Both the position numbers and the translations under genes were made by a program. DNA of 64,000 bases from Hamiltosporidium tvaerminnensis FI-OER-3-3 (taxonomy: Eukaryota > Fungi > Microsporidia), in NCBI GenBank assembly GCA_022605425.2, contig JAKIMF020000005.1:310001-374000 (forward strand). The letters run 5' to 3'. Shown here piece by piece: positions 22,817 to 33,540 of the stretch (positions are counted from its first letter, which is position 1; the number at the start of each line of letters is the position of its first letter). A model generated the notes under the pieces. The model worked only from the letters and a program-made list of their open reading frames with translations, was not told the origin of the DNA and ran no database searches.

Positions 22817-25787
22817 CAAGGATCTCCAAACTTTTTAGCTCAAAGGTAATATTCAAGCCATAAAAAATATCGAGGTCCAAATGTTTTTTTAGCTTTTTAT
22901 GCCAACACATACGGAACTATATTTTTCCGATTTGTTTTATAATATTTGATTATGAAATGTTAAAATATTCTACAAAGGTTAGCTAAATCAAAATGTACCT
23001 TAAAATATTTTTAAAAATAGGATTTTAAAAGATTAATTAATATTCTAAAATATAAAGTAAGAAAGAATTAAACAGAGGTGTATAACTTCAAAAGAAACGG
23101 TGCATTACAAAGGGTTGTTTATAATCTTTTCATGAACCTCAAAAATACATAGAAATTTTTTGATCATTATTTTTATTTGTTTATACTGCTGCTATTTACG
23201 CTTTCTTATATACTTCAATGTAGTCACTCTTTATTTTACTCTTATATTATGAATTTTAAAGGTAGCAGCGGTCCATAACATCAGAATAGACAGCCCATCT
23301 TTGCATTCTTAACCAGGAAACCACCATATAATTTTATCTGCACGGATTCAAGTATGACAAGAGACTTCGCTAAAAAACTAGTGTATGACAGAAATACAGG
23401 CAATCATCTTTAATACGGCTTTAAATTCCTGACTTTTAGTACGAGAGTTTGTGATATTAATTACTACGCCAGTCCGTTGGTTGAGTTCAATGATAATAAA
23501 ATAACATATAATTATGTATTTGATATTTTTTACCTCATTTTTATCAATACATTGCAATCAATATAATTATGTTGTGTTAAAATCCTTAAAATACCTGTCC
23601 ATGCCTATTGTCCAATGAAAAACAAAGTATCTTATTTTAAAACTTTTAGGTTTTTTGTTAGTTGCTTTCTAATTGCTGTTAAGAAACTTATAAGTTCCCT
23701 ATTTCAATTAAAAATCTCTCAACAAATATATTTTATTCATTTTTGTTCTTCGTTTATTTTTTTTTATACTTTATATTTTTTAATTTGAATATCTATGAAT
23801 ACTGGTAAAAAAAGAAAGTTAGATAGTAAATGCAGAACACTTGAAGAGAAATGAGGGTGTAAGTATTCTGTTATTGAGTCAGGTAATGGGTAATATGAGT
23901 TATTTGCGATGAAACTATAACAAGAATTAAGGATTACAATATAAAACTTCATTATGGAACAAAACATTTCCATAATTACTTGAAATATACTGGAAGTTTA
24001 CGAGTAGAAAATATTAAAATTTAAAACACAGCTTTAAATCTAAGTATTCGATGTTCATGAAAGTAAATTCTGGACAAGCAGCAGTAGTTTGAGCCAGTTT
24101 TCATGTAGCCATTTGTCAGCGAACGTAGTAGACCGGTTACAGATAACTAATTGATAAAAGATTGTATAATTGCTGCAGCATTTTAAATGTGTTCAGAAAA
24201 GGCTATCAGGTTAAAAAAACATCAGTTGTCTGTAAATTTAGTATCGAGAAGAGTAGAAGAAATTGCAGTAAATATACAAGTGTCGGACAAGAACGAAGAC
24301 TTGGAATGGTTTTATCTTGCCTTAGATGAATCAACTGCAGTTTCAGATATATCTTAAGTGTTGCTTTTTATTCGAGAGATATATCGAAATTATGAAATAT
24401 ATCAAGAGCTTTTAGACGTTCCTAGCATTTACGCACGACTATTGGAAATGATATTTTTGGAGATTTCGAAAAATCTACTAAGAAAAACAAATTTCGATAC
24501 AAAAAATTAAAATTTATAGCACTGATGGCGGAAGAAATATAATCTAAAAGAATAAAAAGGTGTCGTTGCTCTTATATCAAAGGCTATATATAATGACCGT
24601 AGCTCATAACATCAATAATATATTGTGTTGTCCATCGACAATCGTTGTGTAGAATACTTGGACATATCGGACGTTTTAAATACAGTAAAATCGGTTTTTA
24701 ACTATTTAAACCCGCATGCACTCAATAATCTTTAATTTCGGGTGTTCCATAAAGAAATTAGAAAAAATGATTTGCCATATTATACTGCACTTCGCTGGCT
24801 CAGTTATAGAAAGTTTTGACGCAGTAATAAACTAAGAACAATCATCAAAATATTTTTAAATGAAAGAAATCAACCTCTTGATGAGTTACAAAGCAATGAA
24901 TAGCTATGAAAATAACATTTTATACGGATTAAACAGAAGATATGAATGATACCAATGTAAAATTGCAAAGAAAAAATATGATTCGGCCAGAATTTTATAC
25001 TCATTTTAAATCATTTAGTCATGACATGGTTTTTTTAATCCCAAATATTGAAAAATGTTCACTCATTTTAATACATACCGAAAATTTAGCGAACGAACAG
25101 AAAAACGATTTCCAATAGAATTTTCAATAGAAACTTTATCCTTTAGAAACTAAATTTTGATTTTCTTTTTTTCTAATTTCGAGGTAGTAGCAAAAGAAAT
25201 TAAAATTTTCAAAAATCTTTTTACTGCTGATATCAACTCTCTAGCCCGGAAACTTCAATTGGAAGTAATAGCTTTGCATGTTGCGATATTTATAAAAAAA
25301 ATACTCGAATTCATCATTTCTAGAATTTTATAACAGTCTTCTAGCCAAGCGATTTAATAACTTTCATCAATTTGCTCGAGGTTTTATTTTCGCTTTCGGC
25401 TCTACCTATTTGTGTAAAGAAACATTCTCCAAAATGAAATATACAAAAAAATTACAGATTTAAATTAACAGATGAGCACTTGATGTTGTTACTGGTAATT
25501 TCTACTGGTAAATTTAACCCATAATTTCGATAAATTATCACTGAAAAATCTTATCTGAATTAATCTCATACATAATAAATTATGGAATATATTTTTCGTG
25601 ATTTCATTTTGATTTTTTAGTATAAAATAATGAAAACCGTATGAATCTTCTTTAATTTACAAATTTATGCCTAAATTATCATCAATTGCAACTCTTTTTG
25701 TATGATTTATCTATATTTTTTCCATATTAAAATAAATCTTGGCGGGCTTGAAAAATTCTAGCCGCGGGCCGTAATTAAAGACCCTTG
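22817..25787 (+). mobile_element. hAT DNA transposon (Buster/SPIN/Charlie, GTF2IRD2-like transposase), pseudogenised
   Basis: Imperfect TIRs CAAGGATCTCCAAACT / AATTAAAGACCCTTG. Disrupted transposase motifs LALDEST, TDGG, CVVHRQSLC, RWLS and FGSTYLC.ETFSKMK at ~23990-25500. Confidence 0.85.
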
Positions 25788-26719
25788 TATAAATACATAA
25801 GAAGGTCTAAAACTCTAAAAAAAATGTTTTTACAAGCTGGTAAATGAATATATATTTATAATTAAAATATATTTAATAAAAAATAATTAATTTTACTTCG
25901 AAGATTTTTGGCGCCTTTAAGCCACAAACCGATCAAGCGATAAACCAGAGTTCACTACAGTGATATTTTTATCCAAAAAAAGACATTCTGTTATATCCGA
26001 ATATTTGAAACTGTAATCTTAACCTTAATAACGATTCAAAATCAAGCAAATACATACTTAATCTCAATCTTTATTAACAATTTCGTTTCAATGAAGAAAT
26101 TAAACCAGAAAAAAGTAAAATACTTACACCTCTAAATTTCCCATTTTTTCAGATTTCAAAATGAATCCTTTGAATTTTTAAATATGTTGTAAGAATTTCC
26201 TTTTCTTCTCTGTTTTAATCACTAAAAAAACTTTAAAAAAAAATTTTTTACATATAAAATAAAAAAAGGCTAAAGAGTAAATTATATTATAAAAGAATCT
26301 ACATCATAATTATATCTCTTTACCAAATATGACATTAAACAGTTATTTTAAAGTTATAAACATAGATATTAAAGAATTTTTCTTTTTATAACCTTATAAA
26401 TTCTCTATTCTAATATATAGATTCTAAACAATCTATAAAAAATCTTAAAAAATATATAAAAACCACCTTTGATATATTAAACTTAAAAATGTATAAGAAG
26501 TATAATATTTATATTATACTTATCAATCTATAATCTGTAAAGAATTGTTTAGAATACAACTTATATATATAAAAGATAAATTATACATTAAATTTTAAAA
26601 AATATATATGAAGTCTATTATTCTGAATATATTCTATATCTGCTTAATCAGGATAAGAAGATTTAAAAATAAAAAAATTTAAGTTAAAAATAAATAAACC
26701 TCTTTTAATACTAAATTGT

Positions 26720-27229
26720 AAACTCTATCACTAACACCCTCTTATTATCTAGTCTGTTCATTAACACACTCTTATTATCTACTCTTATTAGTAACACCCT
26801 CTTATTAAATGTCTCTATAATTAACACCCTCTTATCACACACTCTATACTTAACACAATCTTATCATATAGTCTTATCACTAACACCCTATTATTTACTG
26901 TCTATATAATTAACACCCTCTTATTATCTAGTCTGTTCATTAACACACTCTTATTATCTTTCTTATCACTAACACCCTATAATTTACTGTCTATATAATT
27001 AACACCCTCTTATCACACACTCTATACTTAAAACCCTTTACTTCACAATCCTGCTAATAACACAATATAACACCCTATTATTTACTGTCTATATAATTAA
27101 CCGCCTCCAACATACCTTTATTACTAACACCCTTTACTCCATAATCCTGCTAATAACACAAAATAACACCCTCTTATCACAAACTCTATAATATAACACC
27201 CTCCAACATACCTTTATCACTAACACCCT
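26720..27229. repeat. Non-coding imperfect tandem array built on TAACACCC
   Basis: About 16 occurrences of TAACACCC(T/C)-like cores at ~25-35 bp spacing immediately 3' of the UTP18-like stop. Confidence 0.85.
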
Positions 27230-29380
27230 TTACTCTATACTTCTACTAATAACACTAATATAACACCCATGTCCTATATAACATTTATCACCCTTTAAAC
27301 AACAACACTTAACCTTCTTATCTCTTATATCACTAACACCCTTTAGAACAAAGCCATCCATCATTTCCACCACCCTAACACCATTTTCCCCATCCATACA
27401 AATAACACCCCACTCTTTATTACCATCAACACACTTAACACCCTTTAATCCTTTATTCTCATAAAATACCTCTTTCTCCATATGAATAACACCCTTTAAA
27501 TTACTATATACCCAATACCCTTTATCACCCCCTATAATAACATACTCTTCTAAATTAAAAATATTCCTAAATAACACCCCTATTTCAGTATTTAACACAT
27601 TTTTTAAAATACAACTTTTTAAACAGTAAATGTTTATATTAACACCCATTAATACTACAATATAATCTCTTGTTAAACAATAGTCTGTTATTTTACCTTC
27701 TATTTCTCCTAACACGTCATAAGTATTACCAGTTGAGTTATTACTAAGACCCCTATAATCATACTCTTTATCACTAACACCCTCTTCACTACTCCTATTA
27801 CTAACACCCCCTTTATTTTTAGTAATTAAGTTCTTATTACTAACACCCTCTTCACTACTCCTATTACTAACACCCCCTTTATTTTTAGTAATTAAGTTCT
27901 TATTACTAACACCCTCTTCACTACTCCTATTACTAACACCCCCTTTATTTTTAGTAATAGATTCTCTATTACTAACACCCTCATAATCATACTCATTATT
28001 ATTAACACCCCCTTTATTAATACTCAGTTTTATTATAATATCAGTGTTATTTCTAATACCTAACACCCATACACTATCACTGTTACACAATATTTTCTTA
28101 TGCATCCAACACCCTGTCTTACGTATATCTCTAACATCAAAGATAATACCATTAAAGGTAGTATTATCTGTAGTATTGTTAAAGGGGTGTTGTTTATATG
28201 ATGTGTAATTATGAGGGTGTAAATTATCAGTACTATCGATAACCGGGTTATAATTACTATTACTATTATTAACACCCTGTTGTTTATTAGATAGCTTGTT
28301 AACTGGGTTATAATTACTATCACTCTTATTAACACCCTGTTGTTCATTAGATAGCTTGTTAACAGGGGTATAATTACTATTACTGTTATTAACACCCTGT
28401 TGTTCATTAGATAGCTTGTTAACACCCTTTATATCTGATCCCTTATTACTAACACCCTTTATATCTGATCCCTTATTACTAACACCCTTTATATCACTAC
28501 CCTTATTAATACCACCCTCCAACATAATATCACTACCCTCCAATCCACTAACACCCTTTGTTATATATCGTATCTCCTTAATAACACTATTATTAGACAC
28601 CAATAAAATAACACCCTTTAACATACACATATCAACTACCTTATAATTACTTATATTAACACCTTTTAACTCACCTTTTATATTACCTAAATATACGTTA
28701 TTTAAAACATCCACTACACAAATAACACCCCCCTCTACACTAACACACTTTACCCTGTTATTTACCTTATATTTTCTTACACATGAATATATAACCTTAT
28801 TTTCTTTATAAATAAGACCCTCTAACGAACCTCTTATACAAGACGTATTAACAGGGTGTTGTATATTATTGTTATTAACAGGGTGTAAACTATTAGATGC
28901 ATTATTAATAGGGTGTAAACTACTAGTATTATCAATAATAGTGTTTAAACTACTAGTATTATCAATAACACCCCTATAACCCCCACAACCAACATCACCC
29001 CTATAACCCCCATAACCCCCATAATCACTATCATCACTATCTACCCATACACACCCTTTACTCTCCTTCTTATTTAACACCTCTTCCTTACTAAACACCA
29101 TTTCTTCTAACAAAGAAGAATCAGTAAGAAAATCCGAGTCATCCACATTATTTGTATTTGTATTTGTATTAGTATTTATATTTATATTTGTATTTGTATT
29201 AGTACTATCAGTATTTGTATTACCACTATCACTATCACCCATACTATCACTATCACCCATACTATCACTATCACCCATACTATCACTATCACCCATACTA
29301 CCACTATCACCCATACTATCCCCACCCATACCACTATAACTTATTTTTCTCTTTTTTTCTTCTTTTATATTCTTTTTCAT
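27230..29380 (-). CDS. UTP18-like WD40 U3 snoRNA-associated protein with low-complexity insertions
   Basis: LEEMVF and VWVDSDDSD match the UTP18 N-terminal motifs, followed by beta-strand-rich WD-like segments interrupted by GVSN/GVNN repeats. Confidence 0.6.
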   Translation of the reverse strand: MKKNIKEEKKRKISYSGMGGDSMGDSGSMGDSDSMGDSDSMGDSDSMGDSDSGNTNTDSTNTNTNININTNTNTNTNNVDDSDFLTDSSLLEEMVFSKEEVLNKKESKGCVWVDSDDSDYGGYGGYRGDVGCGGYRGVIDNTSSLNTIIDNTSSLHPINNASNSLHPVNNNNIQHPVNTSCIRGSLEGLIYKENKVIYSCVRKYKVNNRVKCVSVEGGVICVVDVLNNVYLGNIKGELKGVNISNYKVVDMCMLKGVILLVSNNSVIKEIRYITKGVSGLEGSDIMLEGGINKGSDIKGVSNKGSDIKGVSNKGSDIKGVNKLSNEQQGVNNSNSNYTPVNKLSNEQQGVNKSDSNYNPVNKLSNKQQGVNNSNSNYNPVIDSTDNLHPHNYTSYKQHPFNNTTDNTTFNGIIFDVRDIRKTGCWMHKKILCNSDSVWVLGIRNNTDIIIKLSINKGGVNNNEYDYEGVSNRESITKNKGGVSNRSSEEGVSNKNLITKNKGGVSNRSSEEGVSNKNLITKNKGGVSNRSSEEGVSDKEYDYRGLSNNSTGNTYDVLGEIEGKITDYCLTRDYIVVLMGVNINIYCLKSCILKNVLNTEIGVLFRNIFNLEEYVIIGGDKGYWVYSNLKGVIHMEKEVFYENKGLKGVKCVDGNKEWGVICMDGENGVRVVEMMDGFVLKGVSDIRDKKVKCCCLKGDKCYIGHGCYISVISRSIE

Positions 29381-29400
29381 ATCAATGGGTAATAAACCCT
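29381..29400. promoter_or_regulatory. 20-bp bidirectional intergenic region with CCC motifs on both strands
   Basis: cat|ATCAATGGGTAATAAACCCT|atg. CCC lies 2-4 nt before the + strand ATG, and TTACCC lies ~6 nt before the - strand ATG. Confidence 0.65.
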
Positions 29401-32400
29401 ATGAACAATAATATAAAAGAAATACTTTACAAGCTATGTGGTATAGATAGTACTAATGATAGTACTAATGATAATATGTATGATACTGGTAGAGATATAG
29501 ATAGTAAGGACATAGATAGTAAGGATATAGATAATAGGGATATAGATAGTAAGGATATAGATAGTAAGGATATAGATAGTAAGGATATAGATAATAGGGA
29601 CATAGATAGTAAGGACATAGACAGTAAGGATATAGATAATACCATTAATACACTTATTTCTAATTTACATTATATAATGTTAAAGGTATCTACTAATAGA
29701 TTTATAACTAACCCTTTAACAAGTATATTATATAGTGTTATAGAAGAAGTAATAGATATATATTTAAAGGGTATTAGTAGTATAATAAAGGGGGAGTATG
29801 GATTAGGGGGTGTTACTTATTGTAGGGATATGTTAGAGGGTGTTAGTAATAATGAGTATAGATTAGAGGGTGTTACTTATTGTAGGGATATGTTAGAGGG
29901 TGTTAATAATAAGGAGTATGGAGTAGAGGGTGTTAATGATAATGAGTATAGATTAGAGGGTGTTAATGATAATGACTTAAGAGGTGTTAATAAGGAGTAT
30001 AGATTAGGAGGTGTTAATGATAAGGAGTATAGATTAGAGGGTGTTAGTAATAAGGAGTATGGAGGTGTTAATAAGGAGTATAGATTAGAGGGTGTTAATA
30101 ATAAGGAGTATAATTATAGGGGTGTTAACACTACTGACTTAAGAGGTGTTAATAATGTAATAAAAGAAGATATTTTTGAAGAAGATGTTATTAGTATTAT
30201 AGGGTGTTATTATAGTGTTATGTATGAGATAAGGGTGTTAATAGATAGTGAATTAGATATAAAGGGTATTAGAGATAGAGGAGAGTATTACTTAGAGGGG
30301 TATGAGAGTAATAAATATTCTATGGGTATGGGTATGTGTAATAGTAGTAATAACCCATATAACTATAGTAGTAACTATAACTATAGTAGTAATAACTATA
30401 CTAGTCATAACTATAACAACATTAACCCATATAACTATAACAACTATAACAACATTAACCCATATAACAACTATAACACATACACCCCTATTACCTCCCC
30501 TCTTAATACTATATCCCCTTTTACTCTTTGTTCTGCTTTCTATTCTACACTGTTATCTCGTATATCTTTAAATATAAAAGAAGAAATAAAAGAATGGTTA
30601 TTATATGGTAAGTGTTATACTTTAATAAGAGAAAGGAATAGTGAATATGGATATGAAGAGTGTTGGTATAATGGTAAGTATAAGGTTATAAGTATACCTT
30701 ATTTCTTAGAAGATAAATGGAGTGATATTTATATTTGTGGTGTATTAGTTAATATGATAAGAGAGATATGTAGTTATGATTATAGGGATTATAAGGATTA
30801 TGGTATGTGGGGATATAGGGATTATAGTAGTAGTGTTAGTAATAGTGTTAGTAGTAGTGTTAGTAGTGGTGTTAGTAATAGTGTTGGTAGTACTGTTAGT
30901 AATACTGTTAATAGTGACCCTTATACGTCTTATAACCCTTATACTAACCCTAACCCTAATACCTGCATAAACAATACTAACCCTAACCCTAACCCTAATA
31001 CCTGCATAAACAATACTAACCCTAACCCTAATACATGCATAAACAATACTAACCCTAACCCTAACCCTAATACATACATAAACAATACTAACCCTAACCC
31101 TAACCCTAATACATGCATAAACAATACTACTACACTCTCTGGTGTTAAGTATAGAATCTATAATAATTACTTAGATACTTATACTTTATCTACTTATAAT
31201 ATATTATTAAAACAAGAAATAAATAATTTAATATTAAAAGAAGTATTATATGATTTAAATATAATAAGAAGTATTATATTACTTATGGATACTTCTTATC
31301 TTACAGATACATTTGAAGGAGTAAATGTTAAGGAGTTATTTTGTAATGGTAATGGTAATGGATATGAGGGTGTTAGTATAGTAGAAAGAATTAACAGTAA
31401 TATTAATAAGAGATATAGTAGTAGGATTGATAGGAGGGATGTAGGGGGTGTTAGTAACAGTAGTAGTAATTATAAGGGTATTAGTGATAAGGATATGTTA
31501 GAGGGTGTTAATAACAGTAGTAGTAATTATAAGGGTGTTAATAACAGTAGTAGTAATTATAGGGGTGTTAGTGATAGTAGTAGTAATTATAGGGGTGTTA
31601 ATAACAGTAGTAGTAATTATAAGGGTGTTAGTAACAGTAGTAGTAATTATAGGGGTGTTAATAACAGTAGTAGTAATTATAAGGGTGTTAATAACAGTAG
31701 TAGTAATTATAAGGGTATTAATAACAGTAGTAGTAATTATAAGGGTGTTAGTGATAGTAGTAGTAATTATAAGGGTGTTAATAACAGTAGTAGTAATTAT
31801 AAGGGTATTAATAATAGTAGTAGTAATTATAAGGGTGTTAGTAACAGTATAGATGATTATAGGGGTATTAGTAATAATACTAACAACCCTTATACCACTT
31901 ATACTAACAACCCTTATAACAATATATCTAACCCTAACCCTTATACTACCCACTATACTAACCCTTATACTACCCTACCTAACCCTAACCTATCTAACAA
32001 CAACCCTTATACCACCCCTTATACTACTATTACTGTTACTTTGAGTGATATAGGGGTGTTAGAAAGAGTAGGTAAAATATTAGGAATAAAGAGAGATTGG
32101 TTAGATATAGGACACTTAAATAAAATAATAATAAAATATGAGTGTAAAGGAGTGTTAGGTATGTTTATAAGTAAAAAGATAAAAAGTGAATTTGAATTGA
32201 TATATGGGTTTATGGTATTAGTATATGGTGTTATGTATAGTTTAAGAAGAATTGATAATTGTTTGGTTGGAAGTGTGTTAGGAGATGTTGTAGAGTATAT
32301 GTGGTGTTGGATGTGTTACTGTGTAATGGAGAAGTATGGAAGGGTAGTTAGTGGTGGTGGTATTGGTAGTAGTGGTGGGGGTAGTAGTGGTGGGGGTAGT

Positions 32401-32889
32401 AGTGGTATTGGTGGGGGTAGTAGTGGTAGTGATGGTATTGGTAGTGGTGAGGGTAATAGTAGTAAGGATAATAAGGATAATAGTAGTAATAATGAAGGTA
32501 GTAATATAAATACTAAGGGTAATAAGGATAATACTAAGGGTAACAGTAGTAATACTAATAATACTAATGACATAAGGGATAATACTAAGGATAACATAAG
32601 AGATAACATAAGAGATAATATAAGAGATACTAATGATGGTGTTCTTGGCTTGGAGGAGAGACTTAATGGGTTTTGTAGAGGGTGTTTACAAGGGTTTTTT
32701 ATGTTGGATAGTTGTATATTTGTAGAAGTATGTTGTTTATTAGAAATGTGTTGTATTTATATAAAGAGTGGGGGTGTTATTTGTATGGAGGAGGTTATTA
32801 GGGTTTTAAAGAGGATGAAGGTGTTATTTGATAGTAGGTGTGGGTTTGATTTTATGTGTTATGTGTTAGAGAAGATTGTAGTGGGGTAA
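29401..32889 (+). CDS. Gamma-tubulin complex component (Spc97/GCP2-like) with large low-complexity insertions
   Basis: IKEWLLYG, IPYFL..IYICGVLVNMIRE, LNIIRSIILLMD and IKYECKGVLGMFIS..FELIYGF resemble GRIP1/GRIP2 motifs. First ATG with CCC context is at 29401. Confidence 0.65.
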   Translation: MNNNIKEILYKLCGIDSTNDSTNDNMYDTGRDIDSKDIDSKDIDNRDIDSKDIDSKDIDSKDIDNRDIDSKDIDSKDIDNTINTLISNLHYIMLKVSTNRFITNPLTSILYSVIEEVIDIYLKGISSIIKGEYGLGGVTYCRDMLEGVSNNEYRLEGVTYCRDMLEGVNNKEYGVEGVNDNEYRLEGVNDNDLRGVNKEYRLGGVNDKEYRLEGVSNKEYGGVNKEYRLEGVNNKEYNYRGVNTTDLRGVNNVIKEDIFEEDVISIIGCYYSVMYEIRVLIDSELDIKGIRDRGEYYLEGYESNKYSMGMGMCNSSNNPYNYSSNYNYSSNNYTSHNYNNINPYNYNNYNNINPYNNYNTYTPITSPLNTISPFTLCSAFYSTLLSRISLNIKEEIKEWLLYGKCYTLIRERNSEYGYEECWYNGKYKVISIPYFLEDKWSDIYICGVLVNMIREICSYDYRDYKDYGMWGYRDYSSSVSNSVSSSVSSGVSNSVGSTVSNTVNSDPYTSYNPYTNPNPNTCINNTNPNPNPNTCINNTNPNPNTCINNTNPNPNPNTYINNTNPNPNPNTCINNTTTLSGVKYRIYNNYLDTYTLSTYNILLKQEINNLILKEVLYDLNIIRSIILLMDTSYLTDTFEGVNVKELFCNGNGNGYEGVSIVERINSNINKRYSSRIDRRDVGGVSNSSSNYKGISDKDMLEGVNNSSSNYKGVNNSSSNYRGVSDSSSNYRGVNNSSSNYKGVSNSSSNYRGVNNSSSNYKGVNNSSSNYKGINNSSSNYKGVSDSSSNYKGVNNSSSNYKGINNSSSNYKGVSNSIDDYRGISNNTNNPYTTYTNNPYNNISNPNPYTTHYTNPYTTLPNPNLSNNNPYTTPYTTITVTLSDIGVLERVGKILGIKRDWLDIGHLNKIIIKYECKGVLGMFISKKIKSEFELIYGFMVLVYGVMYSLRRIDNCLVGSVLGDVVEYMWCWMCYCVMEKYGRVVSGGGIGSSGGGSSGGGSSGIGGGSSGSDGIGSGEGNSSKDNKDNSSNNEGSNINTKGNKDNTKGNSSNTNNTNDIRDNTKDNIRDNIRDNIRDTNDGVLGLEERLNGFCRGCLQGFFMLDSCIFVEVCCLLEMCCIYIKSGGVICMEEVIRVLKRMKVLFDSRCGFDFMCYVLEKIVVG

Positions 32890-33050
32890 AGGGGGGTGTT
32901 ATTTGTATGGAGAGTATGATTTTATGTGTTATGTGTTAGAGAATATTGTAGTGGGGTAAAGGGGGGTGTTATTTGATAGTAGTATTGTAGTGAGGTAAAG
33001 GGGGTGTTATTTGATAGTAGTATTGTAATGGGGTAAAGGGGTGTTCATTA
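32885..33050. repeat. Imperfect tandem duplications of the GCP gene 3' end (GTAAAGGGGGGTGTTATTTG)
   Basis: Four copies of TGTAGTGGGGTAAAGGGGGGTGTT directly after the stop. Confidence 0.85.
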
Positions 33051-33375
33051 GTAGTATTATGCTGTGATAAAAGACCTTCTTTTATGGAAAATAAAACTGT
33101 AATAAAAGTTGGTATTTTACTTTATTTTTAACTGTTGTTAAGTACGTGGAAAGTATCTTAATTTAAATAAAATGTAAAATTATACGAAGATGTGTTATAT
33201 GAAATATAAGTTATTTGTTAGAAACTGTTTACTTTCCTTTCTAATGATGACTTTTTTAAATATTAAAACCGTCTATTAATTATTAATAAAGAAGTAAAAA
33301 GTAATTTACTTATTGATATATTCAGAGATTAAAAAAAAGGTTTTAATATTTAAAATATATGTGGTTCTTAATTTG

Positions 33376-33540
33376 GGGTAATTTGTAGTAAATAACTTTA
33401 TTTATTAAAGGTAATTTATAAGTAAATAACATTATTTATTAAAGGTAATTTGTAAGTAAATAACTTTATTTATTAAAGGTAATTTATAAGTAAATAACAT
33501 TATTTATTAAAGGTAATTTGTAAGTAAATAACATTATTTA
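33376..33540. repeat. 34-bp tandem repeat, about 5 copies
   Basis: AAGGTAATTT recurs at 33408, 33442, 33476 and 33510. Confidence 0.9.

Noticed and set aside
29215-29400. N-terminal YHYHPY extension of the 1224-aa ORF
   Set aside because: Non-ATG start, and it is the antisense reading of the MGDSDS repeat of the opposite gene. The ATG at 29401 has the CCC context.
30945-31110. (CCCTAA)n telomere-like tracts
   Set aside because: Short, in-frame NPNP coding repeats inside the GCP-like ORF, not a chromosome end.
31498-32044. Hydrophobic VLITVVVII / IITTT repeat ORFs
   Set aside because: Alternative frames of the 30-bp GVNNSSSNYK repeat.
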